A DNA stretch of 64,000 nt from Podarcis pityusensis (lineage: Eukaryota), in NCBI GenBank assembly GCA_964106645.2, contig OZ067039.1; one strand, 5' to 3'. This document shows, in pieces, positions 1 to 12,500 of this stretch. The translations under genes and the position numbers were made by a program. How positions within the stretch are numbered: position 1 is the stretch's first letter; each line of letters starts with the position of its first letter. The notes under the pieces were generated by a model. The model worked only from the letters and a program-made list of their open reading frames with translations, had not been told where the DNA came from and searched no databases.

Positions 1-130
1 CCACTCGGTGACCTTGGGCCAGCTGCACTCACTCTCTCAGCACAAAGTGTTGTTGCATTGACAAAATTGGGGAGAATCAAACCTTGCACATCACATTGAG
101 CTCCTGGGAGGGGGGGGGAGTGTGATATAA
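1..130 (+). mobile_element. 3' part of an old MIR/CORE-like squamate SINE
   Basis: gtgaccttgggccagctgcactcactctctcag core-like motif followed by a tgagctcctgggagg...gatataa tail; family name from recall. Confidence 0.5.
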
Positions 131-315
131 CCCAACCCAAAATGACTTGCAGGTAATAGCAGGACAAAGCACATTGAGGTATCTATTAGCTAGGCAGTTT
201 ATGCTTGGAAGTATAGCTGTGTTGCATAGGAAACCTTACAATGCCGGGAATTAACAGTTCCACTGGGAACAGAAACTGTGTGGCTGGAATGCCCCAGGAG
301 TAAGGGGAGACTGAC

Positions 316-449
316 CTCGAGCAATCCTCAGGACCCTCATGATGCGGATAATGGTGGGGTTGATAGGCAGTGAGGCATTCACCTCAATCTCTTCCAGCGT
401 AATCCCCATGATGGACAACAGCACTATTGCCAGGTCTAATTGGTTCCAC
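316..449 (-). CDS. CACNA1G: CACNA1G exon 29 (134 nt, domain IV S3-S4)
   Basis: ctttcag|GTGGAA...TCGAG|gtcagt; [44 protein letters not shown]; phase 2/1. Confidence 0.95.
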
Positions 450-700
450 CTGAAAGCGACACAAAAATCAAGCAGAAAAAACTGCTAAAATATTTGCATT
501 GGTGACAAAAGGATTCCAGTCATTTCAGTTATTCCGGAACTGACTCATGCACCGATGCACCACCTCAAGCAATTTTTGTGATGAAACACATCAAACAATT
601 TTAAAACTATTATATAGAGTACTATTATAGAGTTAGTCAAGTCTGGATATATCACTGACTAGAACAGAAAATGCAAAACCTAAAATTCTTTAGGACTTAC

Positions 701-810
701 CTGTCTTGAAAGAACCGACGAAACCCAAATGCAATCAGCTTGAAAACAGATTCCATGACAAAGATGACCGTGAAGATGTAATTGCAAATCTTCAGAGCTT
801 CATCAAGAAC
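701..810 (-). CDS. CACNA1G: CACNA1G exon 28 (110 nt, domain IV S2)
   Basis: attacag|GTTCTT...GACAG|gtaagt; [36 protein letters not shown]; phase 0/2. Confidence 0.95.
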
Positions 811-2250
811 CTGTAATGTGGAGACAACTCACAGGTTATTGCAAAGGAGGATTTTGCCCCCTGCAGTTTTTGGCCTTCCTGCTTTCAACAGGAGCCATTA
901 TTATTATTTTAATCTGAAAAGGCAAAATGAAGAAGGGGCAGGAACGCAGGCATATCACAACTCCTGCACAGTGTTAACATTTAAACTGCTGCTGGCTTTC
1001 CAAGTGGCAGTGACAAAACCAGGCTCTCCTATTTTTCATGAAACCTTATAACAGAAATGATTTGCAGCTGGATAGGAGCTGAGTTGCTGTACAGCTGGAT
1101 TGATTTCTTACTATTTCAGAGGAAGGCGTCCTGGATCATGGTATCAGTGCTGCTTTTGAGCACAAGAGAAAATGTGATTTTGTTCTTTGGAGCACATGCA
1201 GTATTTCACATGTTGCATTATTTAACACATATGAGAAATATCGCCTTCCATGCTTGCAACTGGAGATACGTATCTACACTGGGCAATATTTGATAATATA
1301 ACATTATTTAGGATTGTGCCAAACATATCTATAAGATATACAAAAACCATAAAATACAATTAAAACCAAAACCTTAGTACTAAGCCCTGCCCCCCCCGTC
1401 ACCTGCTATAGTCTCAGCTGACTTGAAACGATCTGGGCTGGGAGTGGGGAGAATCTAGAACACAGCACTGAAAGACAACCAGGAGGGCAGGCAGCAGAGC
1501 ACATTAAAGGTACATGGAATTAGAGAAATGTGTAGCAAGACTGGCTGATAGAATTAATAAAACTAACTGTGTGAAAAGCAAAAGCTAACTTGTGCCCCTC
1601 TGGTTCATAATCAGTACATGCCACTGAGCAATGCTATAGTTCAGAACACATCTAACATTAGCACAAGGTAATTGGATCATCTAACAAGCTTCCCATAGTA
1701 TTTACAAGATGCTCCTGTCACGTGGGTCATGCACTGCCACCTTAAACATGGCGTTTTCTCCCGTTGATTTCTTTTTAATTGTTTCACATTACACATTCAA
1801 GTACTATTTAGCTACACTGACTGATTCACCTTTGCTTTCGTCTTGCATTTATTCCTTGGCTTCTCAAAGTAGTAGGGAACAAAAATAAGCAACTCTACGC
1901 TAATTGGCAGCCATTTCCATCGAGCTATCATAAGCAAGTGATTTGGCAGATCATTGCAAGCGGTTTGCCATTATAATTTGAATGTGATCCTAAATACAGG
2001 AGTTTGGCATGCTAATGTATCAGGGACCTGCTGCCTTGCCAAAATGCTGAGTCACCACAGCAGAAATAAAGAGAGGCAACTGGCTTTTGGTCCAGCTGCA
2101 TATTAAATCCCTCAGGCTGCCGACAGATCTAATGCAGTAAGATTTGAAAGATTTCAGGATTTGATCTATAGATCATTTATTATTAATATTATTATTCTCA
2201 GTTTCTTAAATAACCCCTCCTTTTTAGGGAATCTGCTGAAACATGGAATA

Positions 2251-2251
2251 T

Positions 2252-2310
<59 letters not shown>
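2251..2310. repeat. Compound microsatellite (TG)13(AG)17
   Basis: Read directly from the sequence. Confidence 0.95.
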
Positions 2311-2313
<3 letters not shown>

Positions 2314-3397
2314 CAAAGCCCAAGTGCCTTTTCCAGCTTTTTGGGGGGCAGAATTTGGTAGTCTCCTGTTAAGGATACCAGCCATTTTGATATGAAATTC
2401 TTCATATCTTCTCTCTTATCTGCCACTTTACATGCAGATTGAACCGCCTACTTGTGTTATTGAGATCTTCCAATTCTAACTTAAGTGTCTAATTGTAGTT
2501 TTTAAATTGTTTTGCTTTTATCATATTTTGTTGTAGTTCCTGCAGCATTCATATTGTGCTCAGATTACCCAGATTTGCCACCATTTCTGCCTAACGGTCT
2601 TTTAGCTGCTTTTGGGGGGGAAATTAACTGGGCTTTTATTTCTTCTTTCACCACCACAGCTCACGTTGCTCATGTTAAAGGGGCCTCCCCTCAAAGTGAT
2701 ACACAGAAGAGTAAAAGGCAGACAATGCCTCCAGAACAAAACAGCATTAAATACTGTTCAAACTTCCCAGAGTGCAATAAGATACAATAAAACACAACCC
2801 CAACAGCAACTCCAAGAAGCTTTTGGTGAAAAGAGAAGTTTTCAGTATGCACCAAAAGCAGAAGTTCATTGGCACATGCCTCATTTCAGGGGGAATGAGG
2901 GCTGCCATTCAAAGACATTTAGGGCTTTGAAAATCTAAAGCAGCACTTTGAAATGGAAATGCGGAAACTGACATCCAGCAAAGTTCCCTTATAATAATTT
3001 GGCTGCTCAGGCCAGAGATTCACTGGTATACAGGGTAATCAGTGGAGGATGACTAAATTTTATGGCCTATTGCTATAGTTAAAACTTATTCTGAGTTAAA
3101 AGAGATAAAACTGACAGCTCTGGAAGTCCCTTCCAGCCCTCTCATTTGCCTCTTCCAATCTCTTTGCATTAAAATCAATGCACCCTCCCCTCTTTACTCA
3201 TCGTGTTCTAAAATAAATGGCCTCAAACACTGTTTTGTTTCTCATGTTAGCGGAGGACATTCTGTGCTGCTTGATTTTCTTTGCTCTCTCAGTCACCTTT
3301 CCACGAATTGCTCTGGGAGACTGTGATAAAATCTAAGGGCCAGATTCAACAAACTTATCCCGCAAGTGGAAGCCAATGCAAGTACTCCCACTAACTG

Positions 3398-3532
3398 CAG
3401 GCATCCCCAAACTCGGCCCTCCAGATGTTTTGGGACTACAACTCCCATCATCCCTAGCTAACAGGACAGTGGTCAGGGATGATAGGAATTGTAGTCCCAA
3501 AACATCTGGAAGGCCAAGTTTGGGGATGCCTG
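3398..3532. mobile_element. Short hairpin-type MITE (hAT-like non-autonomous DNA element)
   Basis: Perfect terminal inverted repeats caggcatccccaaact / agtttggggatgcctg; the body is nearly palindromic (ccagatgttttgggactacaa / ttgtagtcccaaaacatctgg). Confidence 0.8.
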
Positions 3533-3797
3533 CACTAGTGCAATGGGGCTCCCTCCTTCTCCTCCTCCTTCAAATCCACTTAAAGGAGGGCCAAGAGAAC
3601 ACGCAGAACACCACATGGAAGGAGGAGAGGGGAGATTGTCAAACAAGCAAAATACACTGATTTGGAGGGCGGCAGACATGCCTACATTACAGCAGAGGCT
3701 GGATGGCCAACCAACCAACCAGGGATGCTGGATCTGCAGATTTCCTGCATTAGCAGAAGGTAAGGCTAGATGACCCGAGAGACCATCTATGATTCTA

Positions 3798-4012
3798 CAG
3801 TGGTACCTCGGGTTACGAACTTAATTTGTTCTGGAGGTCCGTTCTTAACCTGAAACCATTCTTAACCTGAGGTACCACTTTAGCTAATGGGGCCGCCTCC
3901 TGCTGCTGCACAATTTCTGTTCTCATACTGAGGTAAAGTTCTTAACCCGAGGTACTACTTCCAGGTTAGCGGAGTCTGTAACCTGAAGCGTTTGTAACCC
4001 GAGGTACCACTG
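3798..4012 (+). mobile_element. Tc1/mariner (pogo/Tigger-like) MITE, copy 1
   Basis: TA|cagtggtacctcgggttac ... gtaacccgaggtaccactg|TA: TIRs with a TA target duplication; inserted in a CR1-like gattcta tail. Confidence 0.85.
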
Positions 4013-4040
4013 TATGTCTTTATTTATTTATTTAACTAAT

Positions 4041-4266
4041 CAGTGGTACCTCAGGTTAAGAACTTAATTCGTTCTGGAGGTCTGTTCTTAACCTGAAACT
4101 GTTCTTAACCTGAAGCACCACTTTAGCTAATGGGGCCTCATGCTGCTGCTGCGCCACCGCTGCACGATTTCTGTTCTCATCCTGAAGCAAAGTTTTTAAC
4201 CTGAGGTACTATTTCTGGGTTAGCGGAGTCTGTAACCTGAAGCGTATGTAACCCGAGGTACCACTG
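4041..4266 (+). mobile_element. Tc1/mariner MITE, copy 2 (tandem with copy 1)
   Basis: cagtggtacctcaggtta ... taacccgaggtaccactg|TA; internal sequence collinear with copy 1. Confidence 0.85.
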
Positions 4267-6804
4267 TATTCCCCTAAGCAGTTTACAAAACAGCTTTTGT
4301 GTCACATATGCGAATTGTGTCACAATGCACATGAACCACCCAAGAATTGCAAGGGTGTTTCTCTAGATCAACGTTCTTTCTCCAATGGGGTCAGTCAGGT
4401 GCATGTGGAAAGCTGAAAAAACAGGACATGGTTTGCTAGCTATTCCCTTGTATTTTGCTTCCGAAAAGGAGAACATGTAGGGAAGGAAGAAAAGAAAGCA
4501 GATAAGCTGTCAGGATAAACATGCACGCACTTATGTGCTTGTGTGGCCTGGTGACAGTAAGAGCTAAGAAAGCCATGTCCAAAAAGATGGTGCCAAAACT
4601 GACTGCCATAGTGAACAGGAATGTCATGTTTCCTATAATGACACTTTAAGAAACAATTTTTTCCCCGGTACTTGCCGAGTTCTCTCTCTCTCTCTTTTTT
4701 TTAGTCCTTTAGCTACCAGGAAATGACAGAAAGAGCATCAGCGCAACTAAAAGGTCATTGGGTTTAGCCCTTCCTTGGGAAACTTTAAGTTGATGTGTGT
4801 GCTTTCCCTGCCACTGAATCTGACAGAATCAGTGCTCAGGAGTAGACAAAGAGTATAATCTCCACATCTCTGCCAATTCTATCTTGGCAGCAATTAAAAG
4901 TAAGGGATAAAGCCTCTTTGTGATCTAGAAGGCCAGCTTCAGTATAGTTTTAAAAAAGATTAACAAAGCATCCCTTGGGAAAGAATTTCCCACAGAAATA
5001 AGTTTGCCAGGGAGAAAAAAAATTTAAGTGTCAGAAGACCCACAAACTGAGTCAACACTGGTGCTTTTTTTTTGGAGGGAGTATTCAAGGGGACGCAGTA
5101 CTGGTACCTCTTACCTCTTTTTTGTTGTTGTTAAAAAGTGTGCCACTTACTATAACGACTTCATGGTACATACTGACACCTATTTTTCTAGAAAGAAAGC
5201 ACTGTTAACGTTCCCTTTGGTTGTTTGGATAGACACTGTATTGTAAGTGGATGACGTAACTGAAGATTTGGGAAACAAAGTTCATTATGTTCTTTCTCCA
5301 AATTGTAAAATGCAAGAGGGCCTGGGGTTCCAGCAATTTACATACAGCTTTCAATGTTCAGAACCCTAGGAATGGCCAAATCAGTCCATTTCAGGTTCTC
5401 CCAGTTTTTAACATTCCCAGTCTTAAGTCCTCATGAAAATTCACCAGCTTTCCAGTGTGTTTTTCCTAATATTTACATTTTTATTCTTTTTTATTTATTT
5501 TCATGGTACAGAAGATAAATTTTGAGAAAACAATCGTTATAACAGTAAACAACAAATAACTTGTCCTGATAAAATTACAGACTTTCATCATGCCATGTGT
5601 TAAAGTTTCATTTGATTACTCTAAGAGATCACGCCACTAATATTTACATGTTTGTATGCAATTTTCTGCAATATGCCCCATTTTTCCAAGCAGTTTCCCC
5701 TAATATAACACATTTTTGTAGGTGATTTATGTAATGAATTTTCATATACTATTTTCACTAATATGTGGATTTCTCTGTGTACTTCCCCGTAATATCTTTT
5801 AATTACAAAATTCAAAGATGGGTGAGTTCTGAAGGATTTTGGTTCATCCATTGTTTCAGGAAGTGTGAATTAGGCAGGCTCACATTAAATTTGTGAATTG
5901 AACCAAATTTCTCCCATATCCCTACTTTGAACTCCTTTGTTTTTATCCAAATTGGATAGCCCTTAATGGTGAACAGTTCTAATGAAAGCATGAGAGACAA
6001 GATGGAGCAACCCTACCCTGCTCCATTGTACAAAGAAACAGTTATAAACCACTGGCTTCCACCATAGTCTTAGGCATGATGATAAAGCACTTTGCAGTGG
6101 TTCTTAGAAACAGATCCAAATCCTATCATAGTAAAAACAACACTCAAGGAATGTCTGCCACTGAGTGCCTTCTGCAGCATCCAAAGAAAGCATCTCCCTG
6201 ATTAGCACCTCTCATTCTAAAGGGGGAATATAAAATTCAAAAGCCTGATGAAGATTATGAATTTCTCTTTTGGAAATAAAAACAGGTAGTTCTTTCTGTA
6301 TCTTCTGAAAAGCTACTTGACCTAGCAAAGAGGTAGTAAATAATTTCACATCTTGATTCAGTCTAGAGATTGGGCCATATGCTCGCTTTCCAAAGAACCT
6401 CTCTTGGCTTTGCAATGCAACAACAGCTAATGTTGCTTGATTAGAGGAAGGTCATAAAATCAGGATGGTAATCAGCTATGTTTTACTCAGATCAGAAATT
6501 AAAAACATGATTAAGTTAGGTCCATTAATTTCAATGGGTCTACTCTGAGTAAAATCCTAGGATAGGATTTGGTCTTGAGCACATACAGAAGTATTTCAGG
6601 AAGTACAGCCTTGCTGCTGCTGCTGCTATCAACTCCAAAATGTATGACTAATGCTATATGGGTACCTTAGGGAAGATACTTTGCACCTCAGCTAATACAG
6701 AGTTGCTTACTAGTTGGCTTATAACAAGAACACCCTGAGTGTGTTACTGAGTTAGCAGTAGTTGCAGCAAAAAATATAAATATTTTTGTTAAAGCCAATG
6801 CTAT

Positions 6805-7208
6805 GAGCTGGACCATAAAGAAGGCTGATCGCTGAAGAATTGATGCTTTTGAATTATGATGCTGGAGGAGACTCTTGAGAGTCCCATGGACTGCAAGAAG
6901 ATCAAACCTATCCATTCTTAAGGAAATCAGCCCTGAGTGCTCACTGCAAGGCCAGATCGTGAAGCTGAGGCTTCAATACTTTGGCCACCTCATGAGAAGA
7001 GAAGACTCCCTGGAAAAGACCCTGATGTTGGGAAAGATGGAGGGCTGAAGGAGAAGGGGACGACAGAGGATGAGATGGTTGGACAGTGTTCTCGAAGCTA
7101 CAAACATGAGTCTGACCAAACTGCGGAAGGCAGTGGAAGACAGGAGTGCTCTGGTCCATGGGGTCACGAAGAGTCGGACATGACTAAACGACTAAACAAC
7201 AACAACAA
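6805..7208 (+). mobile_element. BovB (RTE-clade LINE) 3' fragment
   Basis: Degenerate C-terminal ORF SWTIKKADR*RIDAFEL*CWRRLLRVPWTARRSNLSILKEISPECSL...LQYFGHLMRREDSLEKTLMLGK...GRQRMRWLD, followed by ggggtcacgaagagtcggacatgact and an (AAC)n tail. Confidence 0.9.
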
Positions 7209-7517
7209 ATGGGCTGTAAAGATAATCCTTGTATGCAACTGCTTTATTTTGGTTTCTTTCTGTGTTGTTTATGATGATGTGAATGACTGCTATTGACCGC
7301 AGTTCTTTAGCTGGTGCAAACACTACTCTCACTCAGTAAAAACTAGATCCCTATATCACGATCATCTCCCATTCAGCATGGTAGAATGGCCAATGCATAT
7401 TTATTTCTGTTTCATTCTTTTTTTCCACGTTAATGGATGCAATGCCAATTCCGTATCAAGCCTACAACAATGTTTGCAAATCACCCACAGCATCTACAAA
7501 TACTTTTCCTGCCCTAC

Positions 7518-7669
7518 CTTTGGCTGCTGGTAGTGCTCCATAGCCATGGTGATGACATTGAGCCCAATCACACCTGTGATGAATAAATCCAGGTAATGGG
7601 TGGTGCACATTTGATGAATCAGAAGTCGGAAGCGAGAGTAATCAGAGTAGTAGGGTTTACACTGTGCCT
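7518..7669 (-). CDS. CACNA1G: CACNA1G exon 27 (152 nt, domain IV S1)
   Basis: ttttcag|AGGCAC...CCAAAG|gtaggg; [50 protein letters not shown]; phase 1/0. Confidence 0.96.
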
Positions 7670-9409
7670 CTGAAAAGGAAGAGAGTGGAGAAGCAGATCA
7701 GGTAATTTCTCCCTGTCTTAAGACCAGTTCAGCACTGGCTTTCAAAAATCCAAATTGATACATTCAATCAAATTCATAATGATTAGGTTTTCAGCAACGA
7801 ATGGGGTGTGGTAAAGGGGATTGTATGTTAACCATCATTAATGCATAGCAAGACTACAGGATCATCTATCTGTCCCAGCAGCTACAATAAAACATGCACA
7901 ACAGCCAGGCTTTCAGGATTAGAGATAAGGTGAGTATGGCATGGAATCATTTCAGGTTCCAACATAATGTTTAGTGTAAAAATTCACTGTTTAGATATCT
8001 ATTATTGCACAACAACACTCTTAATTTATATAAAAGAAAACAAGAACTTTCAATCAGAATTGCAGGTATGTGAGCTATAATTACAAGGCCTGTATTAACA
8101 GTGCATAAAAGCGTGCTTAAATGGGGCATTCAATCTCCACTGAAAAGGGAGCTTGGAAAGGACTTGAGGCAAGTTGGAAACAGTATGCAGTGGTTTTTGA
8201 CAGAGAATAGCAAAGCACTGTAATATGATATTTTAAGGGCTTCCCTCTATATTTTGAGAGTGTGCCTAAATGTGAAGGAATGTTTGCTTGCCAATGGGAT
8301 ATGTGTTCTGTTGCAATACAGTGCCCAGTTAACATTGGGCATGTAAAGCTTGACTACTTAGCTGTGAGTTCAGCATAATATATTATATCAGGGTGATTTA
8401 AAAAGGTAACATGAAGTCCTCGTTATTACATATTTTACATGGCTGTTTATTTGTATATATTTTCAAATGTTATATATGAATGTATTATGATGGCCTATAT
8501 TTGTAATGCCTAATAAAGGTTTGGTTAAGTAAGTAAGAAAGAAAGTAACATGGGAGTCCAGGCAGAGAGGATAGTATAAAAAGATACTAGTAGATACTGA
8601 CTGGGCAAGCAATATACTGTGATGTAAGGGGAAAATGTAAAGAGGCAGTGGGGAAGAAAGTTAAAAAGGGAATAATGGACTGTTTGAAATAGCAGACATG
8701 AACTCATATAACTGCATTTTGAAATACAAGGTAGGGAAATGGAGGGCGGGGGGAACAACCCCAAAGTTGTCAGAGCTATGAAAACAATTTATGAAATAAT
8801 GCAAGTGATTGCTCAGTCAGAATTTCTGTCTCGGAAATAAATGATCTTCTCATTTGTGCGTGATTGCCAAAGTGCAAATGTCCCTGTTAGTCTTCTATGT
8901 TTGGCTGCATCAGGGATGACACTTACTCTTCAGGCCTGAATGTTCCTGCAGATAAACTCATTTACTCACCTAATCTCTAACGAGGAAATGCCAAGTCTGA
9001 GTCTATAATTCAGGGCAATTTTCAAATAGGCATTATAATGTACCATAAAATGAAAAGGACTGTCTTGGAGATGTCAGAGTGTAATATTATGACCATAATT
9101 AGATGATCAACTGGTTATGAAAATTATTGAGCCAAGAGAATTGAATGGCGTGGTGTTTAGCTACTCTGAACAAAAAAAAGGATTTCATATATTGGTCCGA
9201 ACAGAAATTTGGGGAGGGTGAAGTATGAAGTATTCGTGATCTTGAGGGAAAGCTAATTTTTAGATCACATTTTTGCAGGGTGTATGTATACAATTTGATT
9301 CTCAGATAGTCAAAATTGCAATCTTCTTAGCCATTTATGCAGCTGGCCAGTCGTTTTGTATGGTGGAGGTGCAGGCACATGCCTCTTCCCTTCACCCAGG
9401 CACCTAAAG

Positions 9410-9546
9410 CAGGGTGTGGGGAATCTTTTGCTCTCCAGATGCTGCTGGATTCCAGCTCCCATCTGCCCCAGCTGGCACAGCCAATAGCTGCCTGTGGGAG
9501 TTGGAGTCTAACAACATCCAGAGGGACAGAGGTTAGCCACTCCTGA
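9410..9546. mobile_element. Hairpin-type MITE related to 3398-3532 (diverged)
   Basis: ctccagatg...ctcccat ... tgggagttggagtc..caacatccagaggg inverted arms; more diverged copies near 18959, 33290, 38905, 40980, 57530 and 60105. Confidence 0.6.
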
Positions 9547-12500
9547 CCTAAAGAAATATGTAGCACAGGTCCCTTATGCCTGAGGGCTCAATTTGGGGAA
9601 CATTTCCCTATTTTGAGAGGGAAGAATCATGTGTGTGTACACAAGGAAAACCTAAGACAAATTACTTTAGGTGTGCGGTGGAGAGGACACGAGCCTGTGC
9701 CTCTTACACATGAAATGATCATTCACCTGGGTAAGTGATTAGCTGTATCATTATATGACTTCCAATATCCCCATCCCATAAAGTTTGAGCATCAGGGAGA
9801 AGACTAATAATGGAGCAACTTATCCTGCGAGGTTTGGTGAAGTGATCCCAAACATTTGCTCCAGTACTTTGAAATAAAGAGGCTGAATTGATATTTTTTG
9901 CATTAGGAGCTGCCAGTCTATAGATAATCTGACCCTGAATGCCATGGCATAATATTAAAAAGTGAATTTTGTTGCTGAATTTATTTAGCATCTCTTAAAA
10001 AAACACAACAACAAAAGCTACACAGGTTGGTATCTGACTGACTCACAACTTTCATCAGAGCTCTTACATTCTGCATAAATATCCATTAAAAACTTGAGAT
10101 ATCTCGATGGCATTATGCAAAACTATGAAGAGGAAATTAACTAAAATGTTTGAATACAATTAAGGTTTGAACTGGGGCCCTGGCTATGAACCAAGTTATA
10201 ATTTCAAAGAGAAACCCCATTATAATTTGCTGATCTCTTTTTGTTCAATACTTATCCATAATTCACATTCAGGCATGAAAAAATGTCACAATTTCTGCCT
10301 TTTATTTGGGAGGATTTATTTATGAATAATTACACTGGAATCCAAGGGTTCAGCTATGACTGGCAGATTAATTCAGAACTCCACACGGTAACAAAAGAGG
10401 CTGTTAACATATAGCAGGGATTTTCACAGAGATTGTAGAATGTTACCTGCATAGCAACAAAGCATGTGGCAGCATAACCTTATAAGCAGGGCTGCCCATT
10501 TTCCATTCTGTATATTGTGGGTGAAGACAGATGTAATATTTAAAGAGATGGCTCAGCGGGTTCTTCACCTCTGACATGAGCTCAGCTTCCTCTCAGCTTC
10601 ACATTTGCTTGAGAGGTATGCAGTCTATCAAGCTGAACACTGGAGCGCCAACCGTCTTGTCCCTCCCTCATGATTTAGCTGATTTAGGCCTTCTCAAAAA
10701 AATTAAGTGCCACATATCCATCTACTTGTTTTTATATTAATTCTTTGCCATATCAGGGAAGGAAAGGTTGGACAAAGAGTGGAAATATCTGACGATGATG
10801 CAGGCACTGGCCATAGCCAGGTTTGCTGAACCAGAGTTCAGTTCTGGAGCAAAAAAAGCTACGTCTCTGGACTGAATGAGAAGGTGCCTCCAAACCTGCT
10901 CCTATAATTGATAATATCTGTCTTCACCTTATTTTTGGTGAGGCTTTCTCCTAAAATTCTTCTCTGGTTAAGTCAAAAATAAAATAAAATCACAGATTAC
11001 TTTTCATAATTTAGCCAATTTTTAAATTGTGCATTGGATTGATAAATCCGTAATATAATTGATATAAACATTTTGGTATCTGCCAATAACTTTATTAAAC
11101 ATGTCAGCCCTGTTTCAAAATCCTGCTCACCACCAGCTTCCCCATGCTTGGCATGCTGTCATGCATATTACTGGAAATTACAGCTTTTACCTTAAAATGA
11201 ACCACAAACAGTCACACCATGCTTCCTGTGGGCTTTAAATTAACAGCTGCTGAGTTTAGGTGGGCAGGGAACATTTTTATCTTTTGAAAATAAAAGTATT
11301 ATTTCTTTTTGCTGGTGTTATAAAGAAGCCACATTTCTGATTGTTTGTAAGTTTTGGTACAGTACTTAAAATGTCTCGTTCTAGACCTGACATCCGTGCC
11401 CCCCTATGCAACAGCATTATTTGTTCTAGGAAATATTTGAGAGGTACCAACATCTTGGGAAATACAGACATCTGTTCAAGTCTAGGTGATGAATCATCAC
11501 ACAAAATGACACCACACCACCAATACTGCTACAATACAGTGACTGGGTCAAGAATAAGAAGAATGCTCAATTAGTTAGGAAAATACTGGAAAGATTAAGA
11601 CAACATCCTGACATCGAGGGTATCAATGGGGTGTGCGTATATAGGGTGGGGGAAGGAGGGAGGAAAATGGTAGGCAAAGAAAAGCAAGAAAATAAGGAGA
11701 TAATGACAAGAAGGCCTATAATAAAACAACAGGCACCAGCAAGGGTGGAGAGGGGGGGAACAGGTTCTAAATCAAGCTGCTTTGGAGGGCTCAGTAAAAA
11801 AAAGGGAATGAACTTCTCTTGGTTGATTATAGAGTCACATTGATTTGATCAGAAACCAGAATCCAGGATATAAATGGCAAAGCATCTTTTGTGTACCATC
11901 GTCAAGTTACACAGAGTGGTGGCGATTCAGACCTCATTTTATGCCAATAGTAATAAGAGAGCTGGTAGTATTAAGGTTATTTCAGTCTTCCCTCTCATCT
12001 TGGAAGATTAGATACAGCTCTAGCTCTCTTTCACACCAGAGGGAAGGAGGGAACAAGACAAAGGATTATTGGATAGTGTCCAGTGTGCATAGTATGTCAG
12101 AGCACTAAGGCTTATACGACCACCATATTGACCTCATAGTGACTGGCAACCCCACTGAGTAAACATGCCAACTGAGAGACCCTTTTATTCACAATTTAGG
12201 CAGGACAAAGCCCGAAGCGGGCAAAACATATTCCTATTTTTCTTTGGATTCTGTAGAATGATGTTCTGAAGTGATCTGGTGTGGCAGCTGTAAACAGCTG
12301 TCTAACAGTGTTGGCATTTATGTATCATTTTGAATGGCATAACGTTTCACAAATAGGGGGTCGAATGCTCCCCCAAGCCTTCATCAAGTGGATAAGCGGT
12401 CAGGGATGCAGCTCTTACTAAGCAGCTGGATTTACAAACTGTCCAGAGAATATTGAGTTCAAAGTGATGTGCATGGGAGTAACACTGACATTTAAACAAG

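Noticed and set aside
6688-7296. Several overlapping ORFs
   Set aside because: Alternative frames of the BovB fragment, not genes.
10765-10875. Possible extra cassette exon in intron 26 (acceptor ttctcattcag)
   Set aside because: The phase-1 frame reaches TGA before any good donor, and there is no similarity to channel sequence.
11890-12060. Possible cryptic exon in intron 26 (pyrimidine tract plus donor-like atg|gtacac)
   Set aside because: All three frames contain stops and the acceptor is ambiguous; cannot be supported without RNA data.
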